In this document: positions 16,738-30,671 of the stretch, in pieces
How the letters are laid out: every line of letters starts with the position of its first letter
Position numbering within the stretch: the first letter of the stretch is position 1
Assembly (NCBI GenBank): GCA_965279115.1
Contig: OZ257137.1
Span: 1,206,587 to 1,270,586, forward strand
DNA: 64,000 bases
Source: Burkholderiales bacterium
Lineage (GTDB): Bacteria > Pseudomonadota > Gammaproteobacteria > Burkholderiales > JAEUOS01
Direction of reading: 5' to 3'
Notes under the pieces: generated by a model
Databases searched by the model: none
Told to the model about the DNA's origin: nothing
Seen by the model: the letters and a program-made list of their open reading frames with translations, nothing else
Position numbers and translations under genes: made by a program

Positions 16738-18396
16738 GTGAGCAGTGATCCCCGCGTCAACTACCAGACCACCCCCGCCCAATACCGCCACTGGAAACTG
16801 AAGTTCGAAGGCCCGGTGGCCACCCTGGCCGCCGACTTTGACGAAAACGCCGGCCTGCGCCCGGGCTACAAGCTCAAGTTGAACAGCTATGACCTGGGCG
16901 TTGACATCGAACTGAACGACGCCATCAACCGCATCCGCTTCGAGCATCCCGAAGTGCGCACGGTGGTCGTCACCAGCGCGAAGGACCGCGTGTTCTGCTC
17001 CGGCGCCAACATCTTCATGCTGGGCGTCTCGAGCCATGCCTGGAAGGTGAACTTCTGCAAGTTCACCAACGAAACCCGCAACGGCCTGGAAGATTCCTCG
17101 AAGAACAGCGGGCTCAAGTTCCTGGCGGCGGTCAATGGCGCCTGCGCCGGTGGCGGCTACGAACTGGCGCTGGCCTGCGACGAAATCGTGCTGGTCGACG
17201 ATCGCTCTTCGGCCGTGAGCCTGCCCGAGGTGCCGCTTCTGGGCGTGCTGCCCGGTACCGGTGGCCTGACCCGCGTGACCGACAAGCGCCATGTGCGGCA
17301 TGACTTGGCCGACCTGTTCTGCACCAGCGCCGAGGGCGTGCGCGGCCAGAAGGCCAAGGACTGGCGCCTGGTCGACCACATCGCCAAGCCGGCCGCGTTC
17401 GCGCAAAAGGTGCAGGAACGCGCGCTGGAACTGGCCGCGGCCAGCGACCGGCCCGCCGATGCGCAGGGCGTGAGCCTGACGCCACTCAAGCGCAGCATCG
17501 AGGCCAACGCCTTGCGCTACTCGCATGTCAGCGTGGAGATCGACCGCGCCAAACGCACGGCCACCTTCACGGTCATGGCGCCGACTGGCGCGCAGCCAAC
17601 CGACATCGTCGGCATCCTCGCTGCTGGTGCCGGCTGGTATCCGCTGGCGGTGGCGCGCGAACTCGACGACGCCATCCTGTCGATGCGCACCAACGAACTC
17701 GACATCGGCACCTGGATCATCAAGACATCGGGCGACGCGGCTGCCGTGCTGGCGATGGACGCCACCCTGATGGCGCACAAGGACCACTGGCTGGTGCGCG
17801 AGACCATCGGCCTCCTGCGCCGTACCTTCGCGCGCCTGGACGTGTCTTCGCGCAGCCTGTTCGCCCTGGTCGACGAAGGCACCTGTTTTGCCGGCAGCTT
17901 CCTTGAACTGGCATTGGCCTGCGACCGCATCTATCACCTGGCCCTGCCGGACGCCCCGGAAAAGGCACCCACGGTCACCGTGTCGGACACCAACTTCGGC
18001 CTGTTCCCGATGATCACCGGCCAGAGCCGCCTGGGACGCCGCTTCTACGACGAACTGCCGGCGATGGAAGCCGTACGCGCCAAGGCGGCACAGCCGCTCG
18101 ATGCGGACGCAGCGTTTGCCCTGGGCCTGGCGACATCCAGTCCCGACGACATCGACTGGGCTGACGAGGTGCGTATCGCACTCGAAGAGCGGGTGGCGAT
18201 GTCGCCGGACGCCCTGACCGGGCTGGAAGCCAACCTGCGCTTCAACGGCCCGGAGAACATGTTCACCCGCGTGTTTGGCCGGCTCACCGCCTGGCAGAAC
18301 TGGATTTTCCAGCGCCCCAACGCTGTCGGCGAAAAGGGCGCCCTCAAGGTGTACGGCAAAGGCGACAAGGCCGCCTTCGACTGGAACCGCGTCTAG
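16738..18396 (+). CDS. boxC: 2,3-epoxybenzoyl-CoA dihydrolase (benzoyl-CoA-dihydrodiol lyase) BoxC
   Basis: Crotonase-fold protein of ~550 aa (...VVVTSAKDRVFCSGANIFML...GGGYELALACDEI...) directly upstream of boxB/boxA. I prefer the GTG at 16738 (AGGAG 9 nt upstream) over the track TTG at 16714. Confidence 0.88.
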   Translation: MSSDPRVNYQTTPAQYRHWKLKFEGPVATLAADFDENAGLRPGYKLKLNSYDLGVDIELNDAINRIRFEHPEVRTVVVTSAKDRVFCSGANIFMLGVSSHAWKVNFCKFTNETRNGLEDSSKNSGLKFLAAVNGACAGGGYELALACDEIVLVDDRSSAVSLPEVPLLGVLPGTGGLTRVTDKRHVRHDLADLFCTSAEGVRGQKAKDWRLVDHIAKPAAFAQKVQERALELAAASDRPADAQGVSLTPLKRSIEANALRYSHVSVEIDRAKRTATFTVMAPTGAQPTDIVGILAAGAGWYPLAVARELDDAILSMRTNELDIGTWIIKTSGDAAAVLAMDATLMAHKDHWLVRETIGLLRRTFARLDVSSRSLFALVDEGTCFAGSFLELALACDRIYHLALPDAPEKAPTVTVSDTNFGLFPMITGQSRLGRRFYDELPAMEAVRAKAAQPLDADAAFALGLATSSPDDIDWADEVRIALEERVAMSPDALTGLEANLRFNGPENMFTRVFGRLTAWQNWIFQRPNAVGEKGALKVYGKGDKAAFDWNRV

Positions 18397-18433
18397 ACAA
18401 ACCCCAAGCAAAACCCCAAAGGAGCATTTCGAC

Positions 18434-19861
<1,428 letters not shown>

Positions 19862-19867
19862 AGCGCA

Positions 19868-19922
19868 GCGGCGCCTTTCGGCGCCGCGCATCCCAGCCGC
19901 GGAACGCGCGAGTGCGCGTTCC
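19868..19922 (+). other. Two GC-rich stem-loops in the boxB-boxA spacer
   Basis: GCGGCGCC-tttc-GGCGCCGC at 19868-19887 and GGAACGCGC-gagt-GCGCGTTCC at 19901-19922. No U-tract follows either. Confidence 0.5.
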
Positions 19923-19966
19923 GTCTTATGATCAACGTTCCTCCTGAACGCGCCTTTCGCTCGCCC

Positions 19967-21253
19967 ATGAACGCACCGGCAGACCCCGCCCTCATCAAGC
20001 AGCACCTGATCGACCCCGAGATCTGCATCCGCTGCAATACCTGCGAATCGATCTGCCCGGTGCAGGCCATCACGCACGACTCGCGCAACTACGTCGTCGA
20101 CGCGTCCAAGTGCAACCTGTGCATGGACTGCATCTCGCCCTGCCCGACCGGCTCGATCGACAACTGGCGCACCATGCCCAAGGTGGCGGCCTACACCATC
20201 GAGGCGCAACTGGAGTGGGATGAACTGCCGCCCGAGGTGCCTGTGGAAGCGCTCGCCGACGCGGCGCCTGCATCAGCCGAAACCGTCATGCCGGCACCAC
20301 CTGAGGATGCCGCCACAGTTGAAGGTGCAGCCGTTGAACCTGCATTCAACAGCGCCCGCTTCGGCTCCACGCTGCCGCCGTGGTCCGCCGCCCATCCCTA
20401 TACCAACCTGTACGGGCCAAAAGCAGCCGAAAAATCGATTGGCGCCACCGTGGTCGGCAACGTGCGGGTCACCGAGGTGGGCAAGGAATACGACACCCAC
20501 CACATCGTGCTCGATTTCGGCCCCACGCCCTTCCCGGTACTCGAGGGCCAGTCGATCGGCATCATTCCGCCCGGCCAGGATGCGAATGGCCGCGCGCACC
20601 ATGCGCGACAGTACTCGGTGGCCAGTCCGCGCAATGGCGAGCGCCCCGGCTACAACAACGTGGCGCTGACCATCAAGCGGGTGCTGGAGGACCACCAGGG
20701 CAACCCGGTGCGCGGCGTTGCCTCGAACTACATGTGCGACCTGGCGGTGGGCGACACCGTACACGTGACCGGCCCGTTCGGCGCAAGCTTCCTGATGCCC
20801 AACCATCCGCGCTCGAACATCGTGATGATCTGCACCGGCACCGGCAGCGCGCCGATGCGCGCGATGACCGAATGGCGCAGGCGGCTGCGCAACAGCGGCA
20901 AATTCGAGGGTGGCAAGCTGATGCTGTTTTTCGGCGCCCGCACCAAGGAAGAACTGCCCTACTTCGGCCCGCTGCAGAACCTGCCCAAGGATTTCATCGA
21001 TATCAATTTCGCGTTCTCGCGCGCAGCTGGAAAGCCGAAGCGTTACGTCCAGGACGTGATGCGCGAGCGCGCCGCCGACCTGGGCCCCTTGCTGGCCGAC
21101 CGCAATACCTACTTCTACGTTTGCGGGCTGAAGAGCATGGAAGAAGGCGTCCTTCTGGCCCTGCGCGACGTGGCCGTACAATCCGGCGGCGACTGGGAAG
21201 CACTGGCGACGGGCCTGAAGAAGGATGGCCGCCTGCACCTGGAAACCTATTGA
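19967..21253 (+). CDS. boxA: Benzoyl-CoA oxygenase reductase component BoxA (2x[4Fe-4S] ferredoxin + FNR-like)
   Basis: [12 protein letters not shown] and [12 protein letters not shown] are the ferredoxin motifs, followed by the FNR-like RQYSVAS and [13 protein letters not shown]. The start is ambiguous (ATG 19928 or 19967) and neither has a clear RBS. Confidence 0.88.
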   Translation: MNAPADPALIKQHLIDPEICIRCNTCESICPVQAITHDSRNYVVDASKCNLCMDCISPCPTGSIDNWRTMPKVAAYTIEAQLEWDELPPEVPVEALADAAPASAETVMPAPPEDAATVEGAAVEPAFNSARFGSTLPPWSAAHPYTNLYGPKAAEKSIGATVVGNVRVTEVGKEYDTHHIVLDFGPTPFPVLEGQSIGIIPPGQDANGRAHHARQYSVASPRNGERPGYNNVALTIKRVLEDHQGNPVRGVASNYMCDLAVGDTVHVTGPFGASFLMPNHPRSNIVMICTGTGSAPMRAMTEWRRRLRNSGKFEGGKLMLFFGARTKEELPYFGPLQNLPKDFIDINFAFSRAAGKPKRYVQDVMRERAADLGPLLADRNTYFYVCGLKSMEEGVLLALRDVAVQSGGDWEALATGLKKDGRLHLETY

Positions 21254-21312
21254 ACCATGCTCCGGGCGGCCAAGGCCGCCACACCGCCAATCGCGCCAGC
21301 GCGCTGCCCGCC

Positions 21313-22116
21313 ATGCCCTTCATCGACGTCCTCGGAACCAGCATCGAATACACGCGCCATTCCGGCGCTGGCAACCGTGCCACCGTGGTGATGTTGCACG
21401 AAGGCCTCGGGTCAGTCTCGATGTGGCGCGACTTTCCAGCACGAGTGGCGGGAACCACGGCCCACACGGTGATCGCCTACTCACGCATCGGCTACGGGAA
21501 ATCCGAACCGCTGCCGGATGGAAACGATCCGGCCGGCCCGCGGCGCAACCTGCGCGCGCCCGACTTCATGCACCGCGAAGCCTTCGAGGTGTTGCCGGCC
21601 TTTCTCGCCGCACTCGGCATAGAGCGACCGGTGTTGTTCGGCCATTCCGATGGCGGCTCGATCGCACTGCTGTACGCCAGCCGCCACCCGGTAACCGGCG
21701 TGGTCGTGATGGCACCGCACGTGAAGGTGGAGGACATCTCGATTGCGAGCATCATCGAGGCGCGCACCGCCTGGGAAACCACCGACCTGCCGCAAAAGCT
21801 GGCCAAACACCATGACGACGCCGAAGGTGCGTTTCGCGGCTGGAACGACATCTGGCTGCGCCCTGACTTTCGCGACTGGAACATCGAAGCTGAACTGCCA
21901 TTGATCAAGGCACCGATCCTCGCCATCCAGGGTGAGGACGACCAGTACGGCACGCTTTACCAGATCGAGGAAATCGCCCGCCGCAACATCCGCACGCGGC
22001 TGTTCAAGATTCCGGAGTGCAAGCACTCGCCGCACCGCGACCAGCCCGATATCGTGCTCTCCGCAGTGCAGTCTTTCCTGGCGACCCTGCCGGAGACGCG
22101 CAAGAGCGAGGCCTGA
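21313..22116 (+). CDS. Alpha/beta-fold hydrolase
   Basis: Internal part of track ORF 20380..22116, starting MPFIDVLGTSIEY. Nucleophile elbow GHSDGG, and HSPHRD near the C-terminus. Confidence 0.8.
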   Translation: MPFIDVLGTSIEYTRHSGAGNRATVVMLHEGLGSVSMWRDFPARVAGTTAHTVIAYSRIGYGKSEPLPDGNDPAGPRRNLRAPDFMHREAFEVLPAFLAALGIERPVLFGHSDGGSIALLYASRHPVTGVVVMAPHVKVEDISIASIIEARTAWETTDLPQKLAKHHDDAEGAFRGWNDIWLRPDFRDWNIEAELPLIKAPILAIQGEDDQYGTLYQIEEIARRNIRTRLFKIPECKHSPHRDQPDIVLSAVQSFLATLPETRKSEA

Positions 22117-22131
22117 CGACGGCTGGAAGGA

Positions 22132-23112
22132 TCAGCCGCCCGACCCAAAGGCGGCGCGCCGCAAGCGGTCGTTGACGCCATCCCACTCGGCCCCCACGGG
22201 TGGCGTCTCCACCAGGATCACGTCGCAACCGGCGGCATCGAGTTGGCGCAGCGCGGCGTAGAGGCCGTGCGCGTAGGCCTGCGGGTCGCTGCCGGCGCGA
22301 ATGCGAGCGTGCACGGCAAACGGCGCATCGGTGATCGAAAGCAGCGCTACCCTATGGACCGCCTCATCCGCGATCGCCGTGGCGAGTTCGCCGGCGGCCA
22401 CCAGCCGCGTGGGCGTCGCGGGCGCGTAGTGCGCATCCAGGCTGCCTGACACGCGCGGCGATTGCGCCTTGGCCGCGTGCCCGGCGACAGGGCTGCCCAG
22501 TAAAGCCGACACCTGTTCAGCGGTGATGCGCCCGGGCCGCAGTATCCGCACCGGCGTGGTGGTGCAATCGACGATGGTCGATTCGATTCCCACGTCGCTT
22601 TGGCCACCTTCGAGCACCAGGTCGACCGCATCGCCGAATTCGCTGCGCACATGCGCCGCGGTGGTGGGGCTGACCCGGCCGAACTTGTTGGCCGAAGGTG
22701 CAGCCACGCCGGCAGGACGACCATCTCGACCGGCTGCGAACGCCGCCAGCACTGCGCGTGCGACCGCGTGCGAAGGCACCCGCAGGCCCACCGTGCCCTG
22801 TCCACCGGTGACTGCATCGAGTACATGCGGGGCGCGCTTCAGGATCAGCGTCATGGGGCCGGGCCAGAAGGCCGCGGCCAGGCGTCGCGCGGAATCGGGA
22901 ATGTCGATGGCCCAGGCCGGCATGTCAGAGGCTTCAGCCACGTGGACGATCACCGGATGGTCGGCAGGACGTCCCTTGGCGGCGAAGATGCGTGCGACCG
23001 CCGCAGGATTGGAGGCATCCGCAGCCAGGCCGTAAACGGTTTCGGTCGGCAGGCCGATCAGGCCACCGCGCTCGAGAACCTCGACCGCGCGGCGTACTTC
23101 GTCTTCACTCAC
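22132..23112 (-). CDS. tsaC: L-threonylcarbamoyladenylate synthase (Sua5/TsaC type, with C-terminal Sua5 domain)
   Basis: GLIGLPTETVYGLAAD and KGRPADHPVIVHV motifs. Start refined to the GTG at 23112, overlapping the purK stop (GTGA). Confidence 0.85.
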   Translation of the reverse strand: MSEDEVRRAVEVLERGGLIGLPTETVYGLAADASNPAAVARIFAAKGRPADHPVIVHVAEASDMPAWAIDIPDSARRLAAAFWPGPMTLILKRAPHVLDAVTGGQGTVGLRVPSHAVARAVLAAFAAGRDGRPAGVAAPSANKFGRVSPTTAAHVRSEFGDAVDLVLEGGQSDVGIESTIVDCTTTPVRILRPGRITAEQVSALLGSPVAGHAAKAQSPRVSGSLDAHYAPATPTRLVAAGELATAIADEAVHRVALLSITDAPFAVHARIRAGSDPQAYAHGLYAALRQLDAAGCDVILVETPPVGAEWDGVNDRLRRAAFGSGG

Positions 23113-24257
23113 GGCGCGATCAGCGCGCGTATCGATGCGGCGGACGCCAGCGCCTCGGTCAGCGTGGTGCCCAGCACCGTGACATGGCCCATCTTGCGCC
23201 CGGGCCGCGCCTGCGACTTGCCGTACAGGTGCAGCTTGGCGCTGCCATGGCCGAGCAGTTGCTCCCAGTGCGGTGGCTCCCCGGCATGCGACCCGCGCCA
23301 CGATTCACCCAGGATATTGAGCATCACCGCCGGCGTGTGTTGCCGCGTATCGCCCAGCGGCAGGCCGGCCAGCACGCGCACCTGCTGCTCGAACTGGCTG
23401 GTCACGCAGGCATCGATGGTGTAGTGGCCGCTGTTGTGCGGACGTGGCGCGATCTCGTTGACCAGAATGTTGCCGTCATCCAGCACGAAGAACTCGACAC
23501 ACAACACGCCCACATAGTCGAGCGCTGCGGCAATCCGCAATGCGTTCGAGCGCGCCACTTCGGCCAGCTGGTCGCCGATGCGCGCCGGCACCACGCTTGT
23601 GTCGAGGATGCCGCCCTTGTGCTCATTCTCGGCGACCGGGAACACCGCCACACTGGCCTCGCGGGTGCGCGCCACCACCACCGAGATTTCGGTCTTCAAC
23701 TGCAGGCGCTTTTCCAGCACGCAGGGCACCTCGCCGAATTCGGCAAATGCCGCGCGCGCCTCTTCGGCGGAGGCCACGCGCGCCTGCCCCTTGCCGTCGT
23801 AGCCCAGGCGCGCCACCTTGAGGATGCCGGGGAACAGCGACGCGTTCGGGGCGTCGAGGTCGGAGGCGTTGCGCACCACCAGGTGCGGCGCGACCGAAAC
23901 GCCGGTGGATTCGATGAACTGCTTTTCGCGGATACGGTCCTGGGCGATGGCCACGCTGGCCGCCATCGGGCTGACCAGGCAATGCCCGGCGAGAAATTCC
24001 AGTGCCTTGGCCGGCACGTTCTCGAATTCGGTGGTCACTCCCTTGCACAGGCGCGAGAGTTCCTCCAGCCCCTGCGGGTCGAGGTAGTCGCGGCGGATGT
24101 GCAGGTCAGCCACAGTGCCGGCCGGGCTCTCCGCGCCGGGGTCGAGTACGGCCACCCGGTAGCCCATGCTTTGCGCGGCCATGCAGAACATGCGGCCCAG
24201 CTGGCCACCGCCCAGCAAACCGAGCCAGGCGCCCGGCGGTATGATCGGATAGGACAT
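23109..24257 (-). CDS. purK: N5-carboxyaminoimidazole ribonucleotide synthase
   Basis: 382-aa ATP-grasp protein (LGLLGGGQLGRM...) immediately downstream of purE. Confidence 0.9.
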   Translation of the reverse strand: MSYPIIPPGAWLGLLGGGQLGRMFCMAAQSMGYRVAVLDPGAESPAGTVADLHIRRDYLDPQGLEELSRLCKGVTTEFENVPAKALEFLAGHCLVSPMAASVAIAQDRIREKQFIESTGVSVAPHLVVRNASDLDAPNASLFPGILKVARLGYDGKGQARVASAEEARAAFAEFGEVPCVLEKRLQLKTEISVVVARTREASVAVFPVAENEHKGGILDTSVVPARIGDQLAEVARSNALRIAAALDYVGVLCVEFFVLDDGNILVNEIAPRPHNSGHYTIDACVTSQFEQQVRVLAGLPLGDTRQHTPAVMLNILGESWRGSHAGEPPHWEQLLGHGSAKLHLYGKSQARPGRKMGHVTVLGTTLTEALASAASIRALIAP

Positions 24258-24273
24258 CGGGCGTCCGCTACGT

Positions 24274-24807
24274 CTACTTCGCCGGCGGCAGCGTCATGTC
24301 GCGTGCCGCCTGGTTCTGGCGCTTGCGAAACGCTTCCAGTTTGCGCGCCAGGGCCGCATCGCCGCGCGCCAGCATGGCCACGGCAAACAGGGCGGCATTG
24401 GCGGCGCCCGCCTCGCCAATGGCGAAGGTGGCCACCGGCACACCCTTGGGCATCTGCACGATGGAATACAGCGAATCCAGTCCCGCGAGGTGGCGTGACG
24501 GCACCGGCACACCCAGCACCGGCACGATGGTCTTGGCGGCGATCATGCCCGGCAGGTGCGCCGCACCACCAGCCCCGGCGATGATGGCCGACAGGCCGCG
24601 CTTCGCCGCCGCTTCGGCATAGGTGAACATTTCGTCCGGCATGCGATGCGCGGAAAGCACCTGGAACTCGTGCGGCACGCCGAACTCGGCGAGGATCTTC
24701 ACCGCCGCCTCCATCACCGGCCAGTCGCTCGAGCTGCCCATCACCACGCCGACCTGTGCCCTGGGCTGCTTTTTGGGCGCAGGACGTTTTGCCGAAGCCT
24801 CGCTCAT
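24274..24807 (-). CDS. purE: N5-CAIR mutase
   Basis: [21 protein letters not shown] and AGGAAHLPG are hallmark PurE motifs. Confidence 0.95.
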   Translation of the reverse strand: MSEASAKRPAPKKQPRAQVGVVMGSSSDWPVMEAAVKILAEFGVPHEFQVLSAHRMPDEMFTYAEAAAKRGLSAIIAGAGGAAHLPGMIAAKTIVPVLGVPVPSRHLAGLDSLYSIVQMPKGVPVATFAIGEAGAANAALFAVAMLARGDAALARKLEAFRKRQNQAARDMTLPPAK

Positions 24808-25697
24808 GGACGCAGTTCCTCGCCGGTGAGCCGGGTCAGCGCTTCGCGGTACTTGGCCGCGGTGCGTTCGATGACTTCGGCAGGTAGCGGCGGCGGCGGC
24901 GGCTTCTTGTTCCAGGTAAGGGTTTCCAGATAGTCGCGCACGAACTGTTTGTCGAACGAGGGCGGGCTGATGCCCACTTGGTACTGGTCGACCGGCCAGA
25001 ACCGCGAGGAGTCGGCGGTGAGCGCCTCGTCCATCAGCGTGAGGGCCCCGTCGGTGTCGAGGCCGAATTCGAACTTGGTGTCGGCGATGATGATGCCGCG
25101 GGTGGCCGCATAGCGGGCCGCTTCCTCGTAGAGGCGGATGCTGATCTCGCGCACCCGATTGGCCAGGTCCGCGCCGATCAGCTTGACCACATGATCGAAC
25201 GAGACGTTCTCGTCATGCTCGCCGAGTTCGGCCTTGCTGGCGGGCGTGAAGATCGGCTCGGCGAGCTTTTGCGCCTGCTGCATGCCGGCCGGCAACGCGA
25301 TGCCGCAGATGCTGCCGGTGGCTTGGTAGTCCTTCCAGCCCGAGCCGATGATGTAGCCACGCACCACCGCCTCGACCGCCAGCGGCTTGAGCCGCTTGGC
25401 CACCACCGCGCGGCCGGCGACCTGCGCGACCTCCGATGCCGCTACCACGCTTTCCGGCGCTATCCCCGTCAGGTGATTGGGCACGATGTGCCCGAGGCGG
25501 GCGAACCAGAAATTGGCCATCTGGTTCAGCACCCGCCCCTTGGCGGGGATCGGTTCGGCCATCACCACGTCGAACGCCGACAGGCGGTCGGTGGTGACCA
25601 TCAGGAGCTTGTCGTCGCCCACGGCATAGGTGTCGCGCACCTTGCCGCGGTAAACGAAGGGCAGGCTCTTGATGGACGATTCGTAGAGGGCGGTCAC
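24804..25697 (-). CDS. purC: SAICAR synthase
   Basis: 297-aa long-form PurC (YRGKVRDTY...TDRLSAFD...[10 protein letters not shown]). 4-nt overlap with purE. Confidence 0.95.
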   Translation of the reverse strand: MTALYESSIKSLPFVYRGKVRDTYAVGDDKLLMVTTDRLSAFDVVMAEPIPAKGRVLNQMANFWFARLGHIVPNHLTGIAPESVVAASEVAQVAGRAVVAKRLKPLAVEAVVRGYIIGSGWKDYQATGSICGIALPAGMQQAQKLAEPIFTPASKAELGEHDENVSFDHVVKLIGADLANRVREISIRLYEEAARYAATRGIIIADTKFEFGLDTDGALTLMDEALTADSSRFWPVDQYQVGISPPSFDKQFVRDYLETLTWNKKPPPPPLPAEVIERTAAKYREALTRLTGEELRP

Positions 25698-25712
25698 GTC
25701 GCGGTTTCGCCC

Positions 25713-26777
25713 TTAGTTGACGACCTGCGAGAGCTTGCCCGACGCATACGCGGCGGCAATGTCGGACAGCGGGACCGGCTTGATCTTCGATGCCTGTCCG
25801 GCACAGCCGAACTGCTCGTAGCGTTCCTTGCAGATCGCCTTGGCGGCGGCGCGCGCGGGCTTCAAGTAATCGCGCGGGTCGAAGTGGCTCTTGTTCTCGT
25901 TCATGAACTTGCGGATGGCGCCGGTCATGGCCAGACGGATGTCGGTGTCGATGTTGACCTTGCGCACGCCGTTCTTGATGCCTTCCTGGATTTCCTCGAC
26001 GGGCACGCCGTAGGTTTCCTTCATCTCGCCGCCGTTGGCGCGGATGATGGCCAGCAGGTCCTGCGGCACAGAAGAAGAACCATGCATCACTAGATGGGTG
26101 TTGGGAATGCGCTTGTGGATTTCCTTGATGCGCTCGATGGCCAGGATGTCGCCGGTGGGCTTGCGCGAGAACTTGTAGGCGCCGTGCGAGGTGCCGATGG
26201 CGATCGCCAGAGCGTCGATCTGGGTCTTCTTGACGAAGTCCGCCGCCTGGTCCGGGTCGGTCAACAACTGGTCGCGGGTCATGGTGGCGTCGGTGCCGTG
26301 GCCGTCTTCCTTGTCGCCCTTCATGGTCTCGAGCGAGCCCAGGCAGCCCAGTTCTCCCTCGACGGTGATGCCCAGCTTGTGCGCCATGCCGACCACCTTT
26401 TCGGTGACATCGACGTTGTATTCGTACTCGGCGATGGTCTTGCCGTCGGACATCAGCGAGCCGTCCATCATCACCGAGGAGAATCCCAGCTTGATGGCGC
26501 CTTCACATACCGCCGGCGACTGGCCATGGTCCTGGTGCATCACCACCGGGATATGCGGGTAGGTGTCGACCGCAGCCTGGATCAGGTACTTGAGGAAGGT
26601 TTCGCCGGCATACTTGCGAGCGCCGGCCGAGGCCTGCATGATCACCGGCGAGTCGGTCTCGGCGGCGGCTTCCATGATGGCCTGGACCTGTTCCAGGTTG
26701 TTGACGTTGAAGGCGGGCAGACCGTAGCCGTTTTCGGCGGCATGGTCGAGAAGCTGGCGCATCGAGACGAGTGGCAT
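25713..26777 (-). CDS. fba: Class II fructose-bisphosphate aldolase
   Basis: [27 protein letters not shown] ... HQDHG ... LVMHGSS, 354 aa. Confidence 0.95.
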   Translation of the reverse strand: MPLVSMRQLLDHAAENGYGLPAFNVNNLEQVQAIMEAAAETDSPVIMQASAGARKYAGETFLKYLIQAAVDTYPHIPVVMHQDHGQSPAVCEGAIKLGFSSVMMDGSLMSDGKTIAEYEYNVDVTEKVVGMAHKLGITVEGELGCLGSLETMKGDKEDGHGTDATMTRDQLLTDPDQAADFVKKTQIDALAIAIGTSHGAYKFSRKPTGDILAIERIKEIHKRIPNTHLVMHGSSSVPQDLLAIIRANGGEMKETYGVPVEEIQEGIKNGVRKVNIDTDIRLAMTGAIRKFMNENKSHFDPRDYLKPARAAAKAICKERYEQFGCAGQASKIKPVPLSDIAAAYASGKLSQVVN

Positions 26778-26843
26778 GGAATCTCCTGGGTTTGCGGGGA
26801 GGAAAAAAACAATTTTAAGGGAGGCACGTGGCGCGCAAGCCCG

Positions 26844-28274
26844 TCAATGCTCGCCGACGCGGACGATCTTGAGGGTGTTGGTGCCGCCGGACTTGCCGAT
26901 CGGCTCTCCGATGGTGATGACGATCAGGTCACCTTTGGCGATCACACCTTCGGCGAGCAGGAAGGCTTCTGAATCGGCCAAAAGGCGGTCGCGATCCAGC
27001 GAGTCCATCGGCATCATGAAAACGCGCGTGTCGCGGAACAGCGCGAGCTTGCTGTAGGTACCCGCCTCCGGGGTCAATGCATAAATGGGCACGCCGGAAT
27101 TGAGGCGGCTCATCCACAGCGCGGTAGAGCCGGATTGCGTCAGGGCAACGATGGCCTTGACCTTGAGGTGATGCGCGGTGAAGAGTGCCGCCATCGCGAT
27201 GGACTGGTCGATGCGCGTGAACACGCGGTTAAGAAAGTCCTGGTCGAGCTTGACCTCGGTATCCATCGATTTGTCGGTCTCGACGCAGATGCGGTGCATC
27301 GCGTCGACCGCTTCGACCGGGAATTTCCCCGACGCCGATTCGGCCGACAACATGACCGCGTCGGTGCCGTCGAGCACCGCGTTGGCCACGTCGCTCACCT
27401 CGGCGCGGGTGGGCACAGGCGAGGTGATCATGGACTCCATCATCTGGGTGGCGGTGATCGAGAGCTTGTTCATCTCGCGTGCCATGCGGATCATGCGCTT
27501 CTGCAGCGCCGGCACCGCGGCATCGCCCACTTCCACAGCAAGGTCGCCGCGCGCAACCATGATGCCGTCGGAGGCCTTGAGGATCTCCTCCAGCGCGGGA
27601 ATCGCCTCGGCGCGCTCGATCTTGGCGATGAGCAGTGACTTGCCGCCACGCGCGCGCATGAGTTCGCGCGCCATGTACATGTCGGAACCGGATTTCGGAA
27701 ACGATACCGCCAGGTAATCGGCTCCCAGCGCCACCGAGGTATTGATGTCCTCGATGTCCTTGGCCGTGAGCGGGGGCGCCGTGAGGCCGCCGCCCTGCTT
27801 GTTGATGCCCTTGTTGTTCGACAGCACGCCACCCACCTTGACGGTGGTCATCACGCGATTGCCGGACACCTTGTCGATCGTGAGCACGATCTTGCCGTCG
27901 TCAAGCAGGAGCACGTCGCCGACCTTCACGTCGTGCGGCAGTTCCTTGTAGTCGATGCCGACCACGTCGATGTTGCCCAGTTCGCAACCTGCGTCCAGAA
28001 CGAAGGCCGCTCCCTTTTCCAGCTGAACCTTGCCTTCGGCGAATTTGCCGACGCGGATCTTGGGGCCCTGCAAGTCCGCCAGGATGGCCACCGCGCGCTT
28101 GTGCTCGGCGGCGATCTTGCGCACCAGGGTGGCGCGGTCGATGTGGTCCTGTGCCGTGCCATGCGAAAAGTTGAGGCGCACGACATCGACGCCGGCGGCG
28201 ATCAGTCGCCCCAGGGTTTCCGCGTCGCTTGAAGCGGGGCCGAGCGTGGCTACGATCTTGGTGCTGCGTGGCAT
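26844..28274 (-). CDS. pyk: Pyruvate kinase
   Basis: C-terminal 476 aa of track ORF 26844..29102, starting MPRSTKIVATLGPAS. Also NFSHG and MVARGDLAVE. Confidence 0.95.
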   Translation of the reverse strand: MPRSTKIVATLGPASSDAETLGRLIAAGVDVVRLNFSHGTAQDHIDRATLVRKIAAEHKRAVAILADLQGPKIRVGKFAEGKVQLEKGAAFVLDAGCELGNIDVVGIDYKELPHDVKVGDVLLLDDGKIVLTIDKVSGNRVMTTVKVGGVLSNNKGINKQGGGLTAPPLTAKDIEDINTSVALGADYLAVSFPKSGSDMYMARELMRARGGKSLLIAKIERAEAIPALEEILKASDGIMVARGDLAVEVGDAAVPALQKRMIRMAREMNKLSITATQMMESMITSPVPTRAEVSDVANAVLDGTDAVMLSAESASGKFPVEAVDAMHRICVETDKSMDTEVKLDQDFLNRVFTRIDQSIAMAALFTAHHLKVKAIVALTQSGSTALWMSRLNSGVPIYALTPEAGTYSKLALFRDTRVFMMPMDSLDRDRLLADSEAFLLAEGVIAKGDLIVITIGEPIGKSGGTNTLKIVRVGEH

Positions 28275-28324
28275 GAAGTTTCCTTGTTGTCGAATCGTGG
28301 ATGCGGGCGCCCGCTCCGGGCCGT

Positions 28325-29500
<1,176 letters not shown>

Positions 29501-29570
29501 GTCTTGCACCGCTGAAAAAAAGGGGCGCCTCAATGACGAATGAGGCGCCCCGGGTCTGAAACGTGGAGCC

Positions 29571-30584
29571 TTACTTCGCGCTCATCAGCGCGACGGTGGT
29601 ATCGAGCATGCGATTGGAGAATCCCCACTCGTTGTCGTACCAGGACCCGACCTTGACCAGCGTGCCCTCGGCCACCTTGGTGAGCGAGGCGTCGAAGGTC
29701 GACGAGGCCGGGTTGTGGTTGAAGTCGGACGACACCAGCGGCTCGGTGGTGTAGTCGAGGATGCCCTTGAGCGATCCGTTGGCCGCCTCGCGCATGATGG
29801 TGTTGACTTCCTCGACCGAGGTCGGGCGGCGCGCAGTGAAGGTGAGGTCGACGATGGAGACGTTGATGGTCGGCACGCGGATGGCGTAGCCGTCGAGCTT
29901 GCCGTTCAATTCCGGCAGCACCAGGCCCACGGCGGCGGCGGCGCCGGTCTTGGTGGGGATCATGTTCTGCGAAGCCGAGCGCGCGCGGCGCAGGTCCTCG
30001 TGGTACACGTCGGTCAGCACCTGATCGTTGGTGTAGGCGTGCACGGTGGTCATCAGGCCGGCGACGATGCCGAGCTTGTCGTGCAGGGGCTTGACCAGCG
30101 GCGCCAGGCAGTTGGTGGTGCATGACGCGTTGGAAATGACCGTGTGCGAAGCCTTGAGCACGCCCTGGTTGACGCCAAACACGATGGTGGCATCGACATC
30201 CTTGCCGCCGGGGGCGGAGATGATCACCTTCTTGGCGCCGCCGGCGATATGCGCCGAGGCTTTTTCCTTGCTGGTGAAGAATCCGGTGCACTCCAGCACC
30301 ACGTCCACGCCCAGTTCGCCCCACGGCAGTTTGGCCGGGTCACGGTTGGCCAGCACCTTGATCTTGTCACCATTGACGACCATGTATTCGCCGTCGATAC
30401 CGACGGTGCCCGGGAACTTGCCGTGGGCGGTGTCGTATTTGGTGAGATGCACGTTGGTCTTGACGTCGCCGAGATCATTGATCGCGACGATCTGGATGTC
30501 GTGCTTCTTGCCGCCTTCGTAGTGGGCGCGGAGGATGTTGCGCCCGATGCGGCCATAGCCGTTGATCGCTACCTTGATGGTCAT
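29571..30584 (-). CDS. gap: Glyceraldehyde-3-phosphate dehydrogenase, type I
   Basis: [15 protein letters not shown] and [12 protein letters not shown] (the catalytic Cys motif). Confidence 0.95.
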   Translation of the reverse strand: MTIKVAINGYGRIGRNILRAHYEGGKKHDIQIVAINDLGDVKTNVHLTKYDTAHGKFPGTVGIDGEYMVVNGDKIKVLANRDPAKLPWGELGVDVVLECTGFFTSKEKASAHIAGGAKKVIISAPGGKDVDATIVFGVNQGVLKASHTVISNASCTTNCLAPLVKPLHDKLGIVAGLMTTVHAYTNDQVLTDVYHEDLRRARSASQNMIPTKTGAAAAVGLVLPELNGKLDGYAIRVPTINVSIVDLTFTARRPTSVEEVNTIMREAANGSLKGILDYTTEPLVSSDFNHNPASSTFDASLTKVAEGTLVKVGSWYDNEWGFSNRMLDTTVALMSAK

Positions 30585-30671
30585 TGCCTGCTCCGTGTCA
30601 GATCAGAAAAAGTGCCGCGTGGTTGCGCAGCCGGAAATGCTCCCCACAGCCCCGCGCTGGCGGCCGTGAAG

